NCBI RefSeq assembly: GCF_902459465.1
Contig: NC_047067.1
Coordinates: forward strand, 62,001 to 126,000
Direction: 5' to 3'
DNA: 64,000 bases
Source: Asterias rubens
Taxonomy: Eukaryota
Program-made: the position numbers and the translations under genes
In this document: positions 31,971 through 46,320 of the stretch, in pieces
How the letters are laid out: each line of letters begins with the position of its first letter
How positions within the stretch are numbered: position 1 is the stretch's first letter
Notes under the pieces: generated by a model
What the model saw: the letters and a program-made list of their open reading frames with translations, nothing else
Told to the model about the DNA's origin: nothing
Databases searched by the model: none

Positions 31971-34049
31971 AATGTTCATCAATATATATACCTAAAATGG
32001 TAGGCCCCTATCCTAGTAAGTCATAAATAAATCATCAGCACTACAGAAAAAAACAAACTTGTTATCTCTTATATGCACAGTTTCCTGGATCTTGCCTCAT
32101 TTGTCATCATCTCTATTTATGTCTATTGTGTACATGATACATATTATGTGACATAATATTGCACGTGATGAACACCCCTCCATGTGTAATGATTCACTCT
32201 CATTAGCATATAACCAACACACTCTGTTGATGCTCACCAGTTGGGCTATCCCACTGCTCCCCAGGTGTGTATGGTATTGACAAAGAGACTCAATACATCA
32301 AAGGACCTGTTACCCCATTAGGACCAACAAAAGCTGAATGGGACTTACCACTTTGTGTCACCCTCTGGGTAGACCAGGGTGGCTATTGGGTTTGGTAATC
32401 TCTTCTAACAACTCCTCACTTTGTCATCTATAGGGCCTACAGGTTGGAACGTTATAAAAGAAAAGTTGTTACTGTTACCGCTGAACTTTCACCACTCTCT
32501 CTCTCTCTCTCCCTCACAATGAACGTAGGCATTCTGGTCTCGTCCCTGGGTTTGCAGTTAGGTTGCTCTATGTAGTTTGTTTTCTGTTGAGGCAGTTGTT
32601 AACGGAGGTTTATGGCCATTGGATTATTAAAAACTCTTCCTGGAGCAGATGAACGGTTGTTGGAAATATGAGTCGTGTTGGAGTCATTAGGTATGTTCAA
32701 AGAATCACTTATTATGTAATGTAACTATTAGATGTACAAGGCCTATACCCTTGACAATCCGTTTTTACAATGGCTCTTAAGTCTGCTGAGTTGTATGCAT
32801 TGTCGGTTTTAAGGACTTCTCTTGTGTACATTTTACCTTGTATATAAATATTGCTGTGCATAATTTTTAATCCATGCAAGATACATATTTTTATACCTGA
32901 TATTCTTAATTAATATTTTTATCTGTCTGTTTATTGTTATACAACTGTTAATGTTTTTGTCTGTACTGTTTGAATCATGGCCAGTTTTAATTTCCCCAGT
33001 GTGGGATAATAAAGTTCTTATATTATCTTATCTTTTCTTAATACTTCAAGGTACTTGAAATGTAGATCCAGGTTGTTATTGAGATTGGATACTTTTTGCT
33101 GCAAATGTTTTTTATCAACATTTTTATTTATCCAAATTTTTGTCTGACTTGTATAAACTATAATACATGTTTAAAAGACAAAGTGGTTTCAAACTTCGGG
33201 AAACATGCAGAAGGATTTAAGTACACCAATAAAGCTACCAGTGCAGAGCATTTTTATTGGTTGAGGTGCTTTATTTTATCTTTATGTTGTTTCGAGGCCA
33301 AAAAAGCAGTAACTTGTGACTAACTAAGTCAAATGTAACTCGCAAATTGTTTTTTGTTCAAGTACCCCCAGTAGGTTTCCACTTGAACCTAAATGATTTT
33401 CAATAAATTTTACCCCGTTTCAAAATTATGTTTGTTTTAGTGTTATGCCATGGTAATGGACAAGTAATGTAAACCTAATGTGACATCACAGAATAAATTT
33501 ATAGTTCAACTAATGAGAAGCATGTAGACTGCTTCCATCTTTTAGTACCAATTAAAAATCTTTCAGCATTTTTTATTTGTTTGCTTTTTGAAACGCTGTT
33601 TAATGATCAAAACCATACAGTGTAGGCCTACATAAAGACTGCTTCGCCATCTAATCTATTCGACAACTTTCTATATTGACTCAAGTTTTATGTATTGTTT
33701 TTGCCATGATGGTAACTGGTGTATTGTGAACCTAACATGACATAGGGAGCGTACCACTTAACACACCAGCTTATTACCAATTAAAATACTATTTTTTCAA
33801 GACTTTTCAATTTGATAAAATCCCTCCCTCCTGGAGTTTCCTTCATCACACTTTATTAAAAAAATAAATGCTTTTTCAGCATCAGTCAAGTTTGTAAACT
33901 GAATGAAAGAAAGCTTTTCTTCTGCTGTTTTGTTGTACTCGTGGTACGTTGCACCTTAACAACTCACAGAATGCCACAAGCTTGTTTGCTTTGCTTGGGG
34001 TGGCGTAATGGTACACAATAATCTGTAAACTTGATAAATTCCTAAGTTC

Positions 34050-35693
34050 TTAATAATAATAATAAAAAGACTTGTAATTCATTCATTCATTCATTCATTT
34101 TTATTAAAAAACAAACTGGCAGCACGAAGCTGAATAATGTGGCATTACAAGATAACAATATTGATAAAAATAGCATAGATAAAAAAAAAAAAATTGCACC
34201 ACCGCGGGGTACAAAGGAACATTATATAAGAAGACGACAATAAGTAAAAATAAATATTAGATAAACCACTAAAAGACACTTAAAAAAATGCACAGGATGT
34301 TGGGGGAACCCTCTTATACATTGAAACCCCACTATGGAATAAACCAGCTAAAAAAGAGAAACCCTAGCAGTTAAAAACTCTACATATGACAAAAACAATG
34401 ATAGCAAAAAAGGGAAAACAAATTTGATAAAACAGAAAAGATTAACAAACAGTTACAGGATGTGGGAGACCCTCATTTAAGAGGGCATACTAAAGCATTG
34501 AAAATAAAATTTACAGCCCACACGCACACCAATAAAACAAAAGCAAATATGGAAGCTCCAGTCTAAGAGGATTGGTTTAAAAGTTTAGTAAGGAATGGAA
34601 TTGCACTGTTGCCATAGCGCTTAGTCCTATGTTTAGGCACCATATATTTAGTAGCATTGCGAAGACCCATTCTGTGAGTGTTGTTGTTATGAGGGAACCA
34701 ACCGGCATATCTATCAGAGGTACTATATTTAACAGCAAAGTTAGTACATAATTGATCACGTCTATCTTCAAGCGTCCGGAGACCCAATGAGGTCAAGAGC
34801 ATCTGTGTATGTAGTATAGTTGTTCCCAAGGATCACGTGACACGCTCTTTTTTGAATTTTTCAATTTGATTAGTTTGCTGTTTACTGATGCAACCATGCC
34901 ACACAGGAGACGCATACTCAACTGAAGGACGCACATAGCCAACATACACAGATACCACATATGCGCACATATCCACCCTGCTGGGTGTTCAAGGCGCAGT
35001 AAAACCAAAAACAAAACAAAAACAAAACACAACACAAAGAAAAATAGACATAACAAAATTAGTCATTGAAAACCTGTGACATAAGATAAGTTTTGAGAAG
35101 AGACTTGAATTTTGCGGTACAAACACAAGATCGAAGATTAAGTGGTAGAGAGTTCCAGATGCGTGGCGCGGCTGAAGAAAAAGACCTGTCACCCCATGAG
35201 TGTCGAGACTTGGGTTCAATGAGGAGAAGCATGGAACTTGATCGAAGATTCCTTGATAGAGTGTAAACTTGTAGCAGTTCAGAAATATAGTTGGGAGCCT
35301 TGCCATTTAGAGCTTTGTGAACAATGAGCATCAGCTTGAAGATGATTCGTTGAGAGATAGGGAGCCAGTGTAGTTGTTTCAGAATGGGGGTGATAGAACA
35401 GGATTTTCTAGACAGTGTCACAATGCGGGCAGCAGTATTTTGGAGCCGTTGAAGTCGGGAAATCTGGTTGTTAGGAAGACTGTAGAGAAGTGGCACTTTT
35501 GTCCAAGTACTTGCGAATCTTACCTATATTCCTGATGTGATATGATGATAAACGATTGTTGATGTGTGGCTGAAGTGTCATCGATGAATCAAAAATAACC
35601 CCCAAGTTCCGAGCTTTCAGCGAAGGAGCTATCCGAGCATCACCGATGGAGATGTATGGCACTGAAACCTTAGTTAACTGTTGACGTGACCTG
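34050..35693 (-). mobile_element. Young 5'-truncated L2-clade LINE; body 34963-35693, tail 34050-34078
   Basis: SRQQLTKV..ARNLGVIFDS, LQNTAARIVT..LHWLPI..WGDRSFSSAAPRIWNSLP; the 3' end gtgcgc|attacaagtc..(tta)n is split by the nested LINE; nearly identical to 58898-59218. Confidence 0.85.
34079..34960 (-). mobile_element. 5'-truncated CR1-group LINE (RT C-terminus + 3'UTR + (GAAT)n tail) nested in an L2 copy
   Basis: LGLRTLEDRRDQLC...VPKHRTKRYGNSAIPFLTKLLN; tail (attc)n on the plus strand at ~34079-34097. Confidence 0.75.
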
Positions 35694-38600
35694 CATAGTC
35701 TGATGATTTTATTGATCAGGTTTTTATTGCTGCTGATGAGAAAGCTGTTGGATTATCAAGGGTCTAGCCGTGTTGAAAATTACCTTTAACCTGTCGATAT
35801 AAGATCATTATTAAATCAAATCTAGCATTATAGTAAAAAAAAAAACATAAGATCTAGTCAGTATTTGCATCAGGGATAACAAATATGTTTACCCATACAC
35901 TGATGTGTGTAAGCACTGTATACTCAGTACTTTCTTAAGTTCTGTGAAAAAATTTCCTTTAAGTACTCAGATGGGATTCAAAGCAATGATCTATTATCAG
36001 GCAGGTCTTATAGATGAGTGTGTTTCTTGAGACAGCCACACCATACCTAATTATGCCACAGTTAGTGACCTTTTGAGGCAGCTGTAAGACCCAAAGTGAT
36101 CAATTGTAATGAGATGGGGTTCTACTGAGATGAAGTTCTAAACCGTAGTCAATTTCTACAGTGGCAATCTGTGGCACTAATAATCACACATGCTCAAACG
36201 CTTGCAAATACAAAAACCAAAACAACTACAGGAAAGAATGACATTTATGGCCATTATGTGCCAAGCATAATATGTGATACTAAGAGGCAATGGGGGTATG
36301 CACAGGTACGAGGAGAGTTGAGAGATTACAAAATACAAATTTGAAGCTTCCAAGAATACAAATCAGGATCAACCTGTGTTTTTTTGTGTGTTGTTTTGCC
36401 TTCCACAGGCAAGTTAAGAAATAAATGTACTTACACAGTCTTTTCTGGAAAAGACAGCACTTCTGCAAGAAAACATTTCAAAGACTTTTGTTTTCAGAAA
36501 CAATGTATTTCCAATTTTATTTGGGTGCTTTTTGCTCAGAAATTAATGTTATTTTCTTGATGATATCAAACACTTTACCTCATTTTCCATAGGAATACAA
36601 ATTCTTGTTTATGGCTTTAAACCATCATGTCTGATACTTCATGGAGGAATAGATGCAAATATCTCCATTTGCCCCTGGGCATTGCTTTGTAGCCCCTTGA
36701 AATGCTCCACTAGATATTTGCTTTTTATTCATAAAGATTCCTTTACCAAGGAGAAAACGCCTTGGTGCCCTTGCCTATTCAGAAACGAATCATATGGGGC
36801 CTGAACCATGCAGCTACAGGTCTTAAGCTCCACACTTTTACACTTGTATACAAGAGTTATAGAAAGGTTGTGCCAATTCATTTTCTTCCGTTTAAAGGGA
36901 ATCCTTCTAAATGTGAACCTCTTTTTGTTCAGTTGAGACATTCCTGCCTAAAATCTGGCTAATGGATATTTTGTGATCATTTCACAGAAAGAGAACATGC
37001 TGTGTTTGTCTCAAGCTGCCGATCCTTTCAACATTTTTTTGTTGAGAGTAAATTGTTAAGGATGTGTTGTTATGTACAAGAAACCATACATCAGTTCCTT
37101 TAGATCTTAACCCCATTCAGAAGATGTCTCAACAATTTTTGAAGGAGGACATTCACATCTCAGACATGTTTGTCCAGCTGAGCATCCTCCAGTCAGTCAG
37201 AGTGCAGTGCAGTTTGTCAAGTTGGCATTGTCACATTTGTCTTGAACTTCTTAAAGCTAAAAAAAGAGGGAGAGGCTACATCCATAATATAAATATAAAA
37301 AAAGTATAAATAAAACGTGATTACTCTTAACTAGGCCTGGGAAACCACAGATGTTGATCAATTTTAGAAATAGCAGCAACTTGGTTTTAATTGACAGATA
37401 ACAAACAAAAGCCCTCCTTTAACAAAACAAAAAAACAAAACAAGTTTAGTTAATTACTGTGAAGATTATTGACAGGTTGAATTCAATTACATTAGTTCAA
37501 ATAGGATTTTTAAAGAAAGATTTTAGGTGTGTGATGAAGACTGTCTAAAGATTTGTGTAATTTTCTAAATATGAGTAGGTTCAAGACTACACTTCATCTA
37601 ATTAATCCCTGTCTTATCAGAACCAACCGTTTATACTGAAAGCTACGCTCAAATTGGCTGAACATTCCTAAAGACTAGTAGACTTGTACATTCAGCTTAG
37701 CATTAATTTTCACTGCACCGGAATTCTTTTACAAGACCCAAATCAATATGACAAGAGATTGTAGAAGAGATTAATTGTCTTGATTTGAAAAAAAGTATAA
37801 GAACGAAAACACAGAGAATTGTGATTCCACGTGTCTTATTGATAGGCTTTGACAGGTAGGCCTACTTACTTTGACAGGTAGGACTACTTACTTCAAAACC
37901 GAACAGAATTAGACTCAAAGGCAACATTTGATCATCACCTTTGTGTTTTTTAAAGTTGTCACACAAATTAAAGTTATCACCCCATTGTGAAACATAAATA
38001 TATAAGACCATCATACTTTACTAAAATACTGGCCCAAAACTAAAATCGTTGGCTTCGGCCTATGGTCCATTTAAATCTTGAGCCATGCCAACATTATCCC
38101 AGTAAACCTACTCAGCTCCTACATAATCCCTACACCTTGTCAAGCTTCAAATCTTACTTGTAAACTGTACTGTGAAACGACTGCATTGGTCATAAATAGT
38201 TACTGTTACTACCAACAGCTTGAACTGAAGCAAAGCTGCTGATCCCTGCAGGGAGTACATAGCAGTCACCATATGGGATCATATCACAGTCTGAATTCCT
38301 GGAATCAATGCTTTAACACTTCTTGCAAAGCTCCATATTGTCCCCAAAAAACTCCCACTGGTTTCTTGAATTGTAGCAAATCCAAAGAGTCAACAGAACA
38401 GAAGCTGGTGGTACAATGTGTGTAATCAGTATGCCAAATATGTGTTCCAGATAGCTGTTTGACTGCTGTCAAAGTCTGAAGCTGTTAATTCAAAATTGGG
38501 TTATTTGTTGACTGAGGCATATCAAATCAGGCTGGAATTACACACAGGCCATATGTATAATGCCCTCTGTTGGCCCTAATCTTGGCCATGGTGACCCTTT

Positions 38601-40769
38601 AAAGAAATCCCATCTTTCACATTTTTTTCAATGTACATGATGGAAGTTAATGTAAATGGAAATGGCCTTGCATCTTCAAGGATGGCTATTTGCAGTTAAA
38701 ATTTGTTTGAAAAGTCTGAATGTTTCTATTAACTTCTTGCATGTTTACAAACACCACCTTGTCTAAAATCACTGTACAACACTGTATACCACTGCCACAC
38801 AGGGACATTGACTCTCAAAATGGCCAAGATGATGTATCTTGATGACGTCGGGGGACTTAAAATAATGTGAGCTTTAAATGATGAGACTTTGCTGGATGGT
38901 TTGTGAAACTACTTTAAAAATGGTGTGGAACACCTGTGATTTCATTCCTGATTTTCACCCAAAGGATAAATAGGTCTCAGTGTTTGATGATAACCTCATC
39001 TTTACCTCTCCAACGACTTTATGATCAAGACAATGAAGGCTTAGGTCTCCTTTCCTACGTGTACTTCACTTACAATACAGGAGAATATAAAACACATGAC
39101 AATCTAAAACTGAGCTTGACGGGTTCGCTTTGTAAATGGGGTTCGCATTGTAAACAAAATGTTTGTTGTGAGTTTAGCAAGAAACACAGTTTGTGTTTTA
39201 AAAACATTTTACTTTTGATTAACCCTACCCTTTAAACAATCCTTTCAAACACTGAACAATGAGGGCCTCAGAGTACTTTGCAACTGACGTTTCACTTTCA
39301 AGATAATGTGTAACAACGAACTAAATCTGAACTCCACTAAGTCAGGACTAGCTTTGTGTAAAAGCTGGCAAGTGCCTAGAGACCTTGGGCTTTAATTTTG
39401 TTTTAAAGTAGTCCTATGGACTTTTAGCAGTAAACTATGCATTTTACTTGTCCCCAGAAAGTTTTAAGCATCATAAATGTATCTTTGTGATATTGTGATC
39501 ACAACCATTAAGTTTAATTAAAGTTAAATTCACACAATGGAAAAAAACAATGTATTTTTTAATGTATTATTAACATTTGCAAAGGCAAATTATGAGCACT
39601 TGAAACAAGTAGTTTGCACAGTTTTAAGTTAAACACCACTTCTCAACTTCTTGCCCCCATTAGGATCGATAAAGCTTGTTTTCTTTCACATGGAAACTTA
39701 CACCCCGGAAATGTAATTATTTGTTTACGAATTGTTTTGAGGGAGAATTTTGAACCCTGCGCCTCAATGTGTCTTGAAGGATAACAGTGCTCTTGACTCA
39801 ATGGCTAAGCAGATGTTGACTCAATGTAGTGTGTGTATTTTCTGCCCGCATCTTAACTTAACCCCAGCATCCTTCTTGTGTTGTCTTCCCTGGGGCTGTT
39901 TAATCTCTCTCAATAATAATCCCAGACCCTTTACTGATCCTCCAATCAATACTACACCTTGCCTTACCCCCATTGATTAAAATGGTCAAATGGTTGGATT
40001 AGACTTGCACCAGTCTTTCAATGAGAAATTCAACCATCGTTTTTATTTCACTTTTCCTTTGTTTTTAGAAAGAGTGCAGTAGCTGCATTACTCTTTATAT
40101 GAGGAGGGAAGAATGTTGACCATACATAGTTTAATTTAAATCTGAGTTCAATGTTTGTGTCCCTTAAATCAGGTTTTTTTTTAAGAAGCATTGAGTTGTA
40201 CATTATTTAAAAAATAGTGATGATTGACTTTTGATGAGAGATTTGTCACAAGTCTAATTTGTGATCTTGATGAGCCATTGACCTGTGTGAAAGTTGAGAT
40301 GACCTGAAAAACAAGGTGGCTATCAGGCGGCAGTAATATTTACATTGCAGAATAGTTGAGCACCCAAAGTTTAACCTTTGGATAATTCCCAAACATTGTA
40401 CACAGTGTGATCATGTGTAGAGGATGGTCCAGGTAGTTATCACGAACAACCACCCATGGAATTTTTAAAACCACGATTCTTTTTAGTACAAAATGTATCT
40501 CCAATTCATCTGTGGGTATTTATGTGCTGACATGAAGGCCTGATGTTCGCGAAAGGGCAAGGGCAGTAATGTTTCATTCCTCATTGGTAAAGAAGGGCAC
40601 CAAGATGAGGAAATTGTTAATTTATTTCGGAGCATTTCAATGGGGCACCAAGGCAATGACTTGGGTCAATTTAGGTAGTAATTACGTACCTCAAGTGGGG
40701 ACTAGATAATACAAATACTGTGTAATTTAGTATGTTTTGAGTAAAGCCAAGTTCGTGCACTAAGCAGTA

Positions 40770-41043
40770 CGCACTGTTTTCCAAAATTTGCTTTTGTTTC
40801 AGTGTTAAAAAAACCATAAATGTCAAGAAAATACGTTTGTAAATGCTTAAAATAAGTTTGGTCTCATGAGACCCAAATTATTTTCATGACATTGTTTTGC
40901 TCATTTCTCAAAAACTACAGCACCTCAGCACCAGGCGTAATATTTTCAGGAAAGCTTTTTACTATCATTATGTTCAAACTGTGTAAGTTTAGTGTAAATC
41001 TGTGGACATTGTGTTTTTTGTCCTAAAAAAGTACATACACCCT
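40770..41043. mobile_element. MITE or DNA-transposon end, terminating in ...catacaccct|TTAA
   Basis: Terminus pattern as in the other TTAA elements; the other end was not identified. Confidence 0.4.
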
Positions 41044-41974
41044 TTAAAGGTACAGCCCAGACACTTCAAGTTGCAGAGATATGTGTGAACAATCTCATTT
41101 AAAAACGAAATTTAAAATAATATTTAGAGATGAAACGAAATTTCTGGCACACTGCGTTTATTATTGGTTCCAGAAATATCACAGTCACTGACAAGCCAAG
41201 TTTTAGTCAAGGGTCTTAAAAGTAAGGTATAAGTAAGGTAAATCACTCTTAAAAATAATGACAAATTTTGTTTTACTTAGTAAGAAAGTACATCAGCTTT
41301 ATAAAGCATTCAGTGAATCATTTCAATATCAGTATTTATCCCCAAAAGTTTGAATCTGCTGAGAAACCTTACTGGCTGTATCAACTCTCAGATTGCGTTT
41401 TCAAATTAAGAATTATTTTTTCTGTTTGGACATAACCATAGGCAATGTCTGAAAGAATTTACAAAGGTTACTTTATTGTAGACTTTTTTTGTTTATAGGA
41501 TTTAATAGTATTGTATTGTCTGTATCCAGGGCCGCCAGGGAGAGCAGTTCATTGACAACTGATGGGGCTAGCCTGGTGGTAAAATAAAACAAAATAATAA
41601 ATGAAATGCCTTTCTCTTTAAAATTAGGCTGCCATGCTTTCTGAGACAGATGAGAAATGCATAGCAGATGTAGAGTGCAAGTTCAATCCATTATGTGTTG
41701 GTTACCAGTGTGGCATGTTTGTACCCACTGTGTTTATAATGTAAGCTCTGTTGAAGTCAGGCAAAACTAATAGAGTGCCTTTTCATGTTGTGGACGTGTT
41801 GGTATTGTGATTTCCTGGACATTGTTAGTAGGGTTGATGATATGGGTTTATAATTTCACCTAAACAGAGGCTGCCATTGTGAACCAGTCTAAAAGGATCA
41901 CACATGAGCAAGATGATGTGACTGTGAAGTGAACAATGACAAGATACACACACAAGTCACAAATTTAAAACTTT

Positions 41975-42440
41975 CTGGATTTGACATGCTGGCACTCCAC
42001 AAACTAAGATCAGTGTTTGACATGCTGGCACTTCACAAACTAAGATCAGTGTTTGACATGCTGGCACTCCACAAACTAAGATCAGTGTTTGACCATGCTG
42101 GCACTCCACAAACTAATTGACATGCTGGCACTCCACAAACTAAGATCAGTGTTTGACATGCTGGCACTCCACAAACTAAGATCAGTGTTTGACCATGCTG
42201 GCACTCCACAAACTAAGATCAGTATTTGACATGCTGGCACTCCACAAACTAAGATCAGTGTTTAACCATGCTGGCACTCTACAAACTTAGATCAGTATTT
42301 GACATGCTGGCACTCCACAAACTAAGATCAGTGTTTGAAATGCTGGCATTCCACAAACTAAGATCAGTGTTTGACATGCTGGCACTCCACCAACTAAGAT
42401 CAGTGTTTGACATGCTGGCGCTCCACAAACTAAGATCAGT
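41975..42440. repeat. 36-bp minisatellite, ~13 copies
   Basis: Tandem atgctggcactccacaaactaagatcagtgtttgac. Confidence 0.95.
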
Positions 42441-45400
42441 AACCCTAATGTTAGCAGTCTCCTTACTCCCTAGTAGCAAGCTGTTCTTTGTTCATACCAA
42501 AATCATTTAAAAAATTACCTTTTAATCCTATTTTGTGATTTGGAACGTTTAAATACAATGTTTATAGGCCTTTATTGTAATGACACAATACAGAATTTTA
42601 AATGACTCTATTAAACTGGGAACAACTTGTGACAATTAGTTCACTTTACTGTTGACATTGCATTAGATGTTTGAGATTGGTGTCTATTTTGTTAACAGAC
42701 TGACCCAGTATTTACCATATCTCAACAACCACCCCTTCCTATCAACAAAATCATTTATAACAACAACTTGTCACAAAAGAAAATTATGCCAGCGCTGTCC
42801 CTTTTTCCAGCAGACCAGATTATTTTTAGTGCATTGACATTGAAGAGACGTCAGCTTGAAGTGCGGTGTGCAATTTGATGAATCCTAATGCATGACTGAT
42901 GTTCACTACCCGTGGTTCAGGCAGGGTGTAACCTGGCTGCAGTGAACAGACACACAACAAAAGCTGACAAGTTATCAGACTTTTAGGGTATAATCTTTAG
43001 AGATTGATCTGTATCTGTTAATCAATAGGTCATTAAAACCTAAACTGTCATTGTTTGGGGGTGGGGATTATAGATGCTACTGTATCTAGTCACCCACTGT
43101 GAGTTTCAGGCAGCGTGGCCTGGCCTGGGTTGGTGGTGGCCAGCCAGTGTACATAATTTAGACTCTTGCTTGTCATTATGGTTTATTTATTGGGGAAAAC
43201 CTTTGTACCTTGAAAGTTTGACAGTGTTGTTGTCTGTTTTACAATTGTTGCACATTCACATTAGATTCTCCGGACATAAGGGTTGAATCAATAGTGTGAA
43301 GGTTTTAAATGCATTGTAAAACACTTTCTTTGCTCATGTATTCTTGGAAGTTGATGGTTCATCATGGCAAACCATACTAGTTTCCATAGAAATATGCAAC
43401 AAATGCCCATCTACTATATGACTTACTTCCATACTTCCATGACCTCCATTTCAAGGGTAAACAAAAACTTCCGAACGCACTATCATTGCCATTCTGGCCA
43501 AATGTCAGTTGATTTGTCAACATTATTGTAGTGAAGTCGTCACAAAATAATAGAGCAGTGGTTTGATCCATCTTGCAATATTGCAAGCTACAGTATGCAT
43601 TTAGAATCAATGTGAGAACCCCCCCCCCCCCCCCACTTCCCCCAAACGACTGACTGCTAATTTGGGCCCATTTTCAAAGAGCTGCTGATAGTTTGCATTC
43701 CCCCTCCCCCCCCCCCCCCCCAACAAATGAGAAGTCCAATCATACAATATTTGCAGGAACTCTTCGGCTGAGCAGTTGTGATCGCCTTAGTATTTCAAGT
43801 TTCTCAGATCAACTGTGCCATTTTTATTGCTGTGCCTGGCACTTTTTGTTCTTTTAAACAAACTTACATTGCATGCCTTTTCTTGAAGCAATTTTTGTGA
43901 TAATAAGATTGATTTGGGTCTGTTTGTGATTGAACCTCCCTGGTGACCTTTCACCTCCCTGGTGACCTTTCACCATGGAATGGGACTATGCTATGACCGG
44001 TTGACCTAGCTTTCATTGTCAGTAGTTGCTGATAGATCCTTTCAGCAGATAGGTAATTTGGGCTCTGGAGATGTGCAACTTGATATTGCATTCTGAATAC
44101 ACTGTACTTGGTCTGGTTTCAAAACAAAGTGCAGCAGTAGCAATTATTGGAAATACAAATTGATTAGTCTCAGTCAAAAAGGTCACAGGTTAAAAGTTCT
44201 TCAGTGAAATAATCTACAGTGAAATAATCTTGCTGAAATACTATCATTTGATAGCCCCCAAATCAAGTGCTGCCTGACATACGATCTTTCTTTGATTTCA
44301 CTAAAATTATATGAAATTTTCACAGGTTTGTTGTATTATGGTATGTGGAAACTATCTAAAATGTGAATTAAGTTACTCATGAAAGAATAATATGTGAGTC
44401 TACATGTATTACATGAGCGGCACATGTATTACATGAGCGGCAAGTGGACATAGGGGTCAATATTCGAATAACAAAAAAAATAGTTTGGGTGACTACTGAG
44501 AAGCTGAACTGATGCGGCTTAAACATGTTCAAGTTGCAGGTATGCAAAGGCACTTTTGGTACATCAGCCACATTAACCTATAATGACCCCGAAGCACAGC
44601 CAAGGAGCATAAGTGTTTCATTTTTCCAAATGGACAAAAACCAGCAGAAAAAGCAGTCCAGAGAAAAAGATTTGTGGTATAAGAAAACCAATGCACAACT
44701 CCATTCATATAATAATGGCCTTATTGGAATTGAACCCGGGCCACAGTGGTAAGAGACAAGTGCTTTTAATAAAAGCTAGTCACATGCTACCATTCTCCCT
44801 ATCCCTGCACTAGCTGTTAACTACATGTATGTCATTTTCTGTTGTCATTTTTACTGTTATGCGCCCTCGAACAGGCTGGTCATGGAGAAAGCGCAATATA
44901 AAATCAATAGATTAATATTATTATTATTGCGGATGTGAACAGTTGTCATTTATTTCAACTTTGTCAGAATTGTCATTGATGTGCCATGTTTGAAATGGAC
45001 ACCAAGATTTAATGATTGCACAAGTAATGTGTTTACATACACCATCTCTGTTCGAGCATACTCCCTCCCCCATCCCCCCCCCCCTCCATCCAAATCGTAT
45101 CCTCGTTTGCTGTATTGGTACTCATCCATGGAACTAGACAAACACTTCAGCTCAGTCAAAAGCTAGCTAAAAGCTGGTTAAACTGCAGCTTCGCAAACTC
45201 TTCAAAACCCTCCCATGTGATATTAGGGCATCTAACATAGCACCCTGAAGCTATCAATGTCTTGACTGAACCAAAAAACAAACCAACAAGGCATATGTCA
45301 CGCTAACCCACTAAGTTTCAACAACTGTTTGCACAATATGTGGTCATACCAGAAACTTATATTGTGCATAACAGTGAGGCAGTGTAATTGATACAGATGC

Positions 45401-46119
45401 GTGCTTACAAGTAGATCTGTAATCAGGTTTTTGGTCTGGAAGGAAATGAGAAACTCTTACAGGGGGAAAGAATATAATACCTTGTCAACATTGTAATTGT
45501 ATGCGAGGGGGATCTACTGCAAAGTTGATTGTACGAATGTGGAATCAAAATTAAATGAAGTGCTCCGGATCACTTCATTTAATTTTGTTTCCACTGGCCC
45601 TTAGGTTTGGAGAACAACCAAAACCACAATTCTGATGAATTTAATTGAGCGACTAGCGTATCTCCTTTTGGCTGGCTGGGGAAATCTAAAACCAGAACAC
45701 ACACACGAACCTCTCTGGTTTATTAAAAGTGCTCTTGACTATATCAGAAAAGAACATTCCCTCTAAGAGAGCTGCTACAGTCGCTTTGCTTGACCCCGAA
45801 TGAAAAATAAAGTACATTTGGTTGATGACATAGTCTTGTGTTTAAATCCCTAAACAGGGGAGGTTGGAGATCGCTTTTGCTGAATTTAATATGCATTGTT
45901 GGATGATAATGAAAGACAATGAAGTGTTTTATTATTTCTTTATTTATCTTTCTCTGATTGTCTTAAATTTGTTACTTAAAATGACAAACTTAAAACTTTC
46001 AATTCTTTAAAATGTATGAACACACCTTGGGTTCTAGGGTTGTCTGAATTGATTTTCCATAATACTAAACAGCTTTTGGTTACAGAACTACAGTCATGCT
46101 CCTTTTAATTACATCCCTC

Positions 46120-46320
46120 ATTCTAAACACACTTGAGGAGACTGTTCTTTTTCACATGCTGGACCATCTCTTTGGAATATTCCAAGACTAGTAGACACTC
46201 TCTCAAGCTTCAAAAATAGCTTTAAATCTCACTTGTTCAGTCTTGGCATTAAGTAACATCTTTTTTGATTTGCCAAGAGTGTCTTTTTTGACAGATATGG
46301 TGCACTATAAAGTTCATCAG
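46120..46320 (+). mobile_element. Old L2-like LINE 3' relic
   Basis: FSHAGPSLWN...LSSFKNSFKSHLF followed by an L2-like 3'UTR end (ggtgcactataa). Confidence 0.5.
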
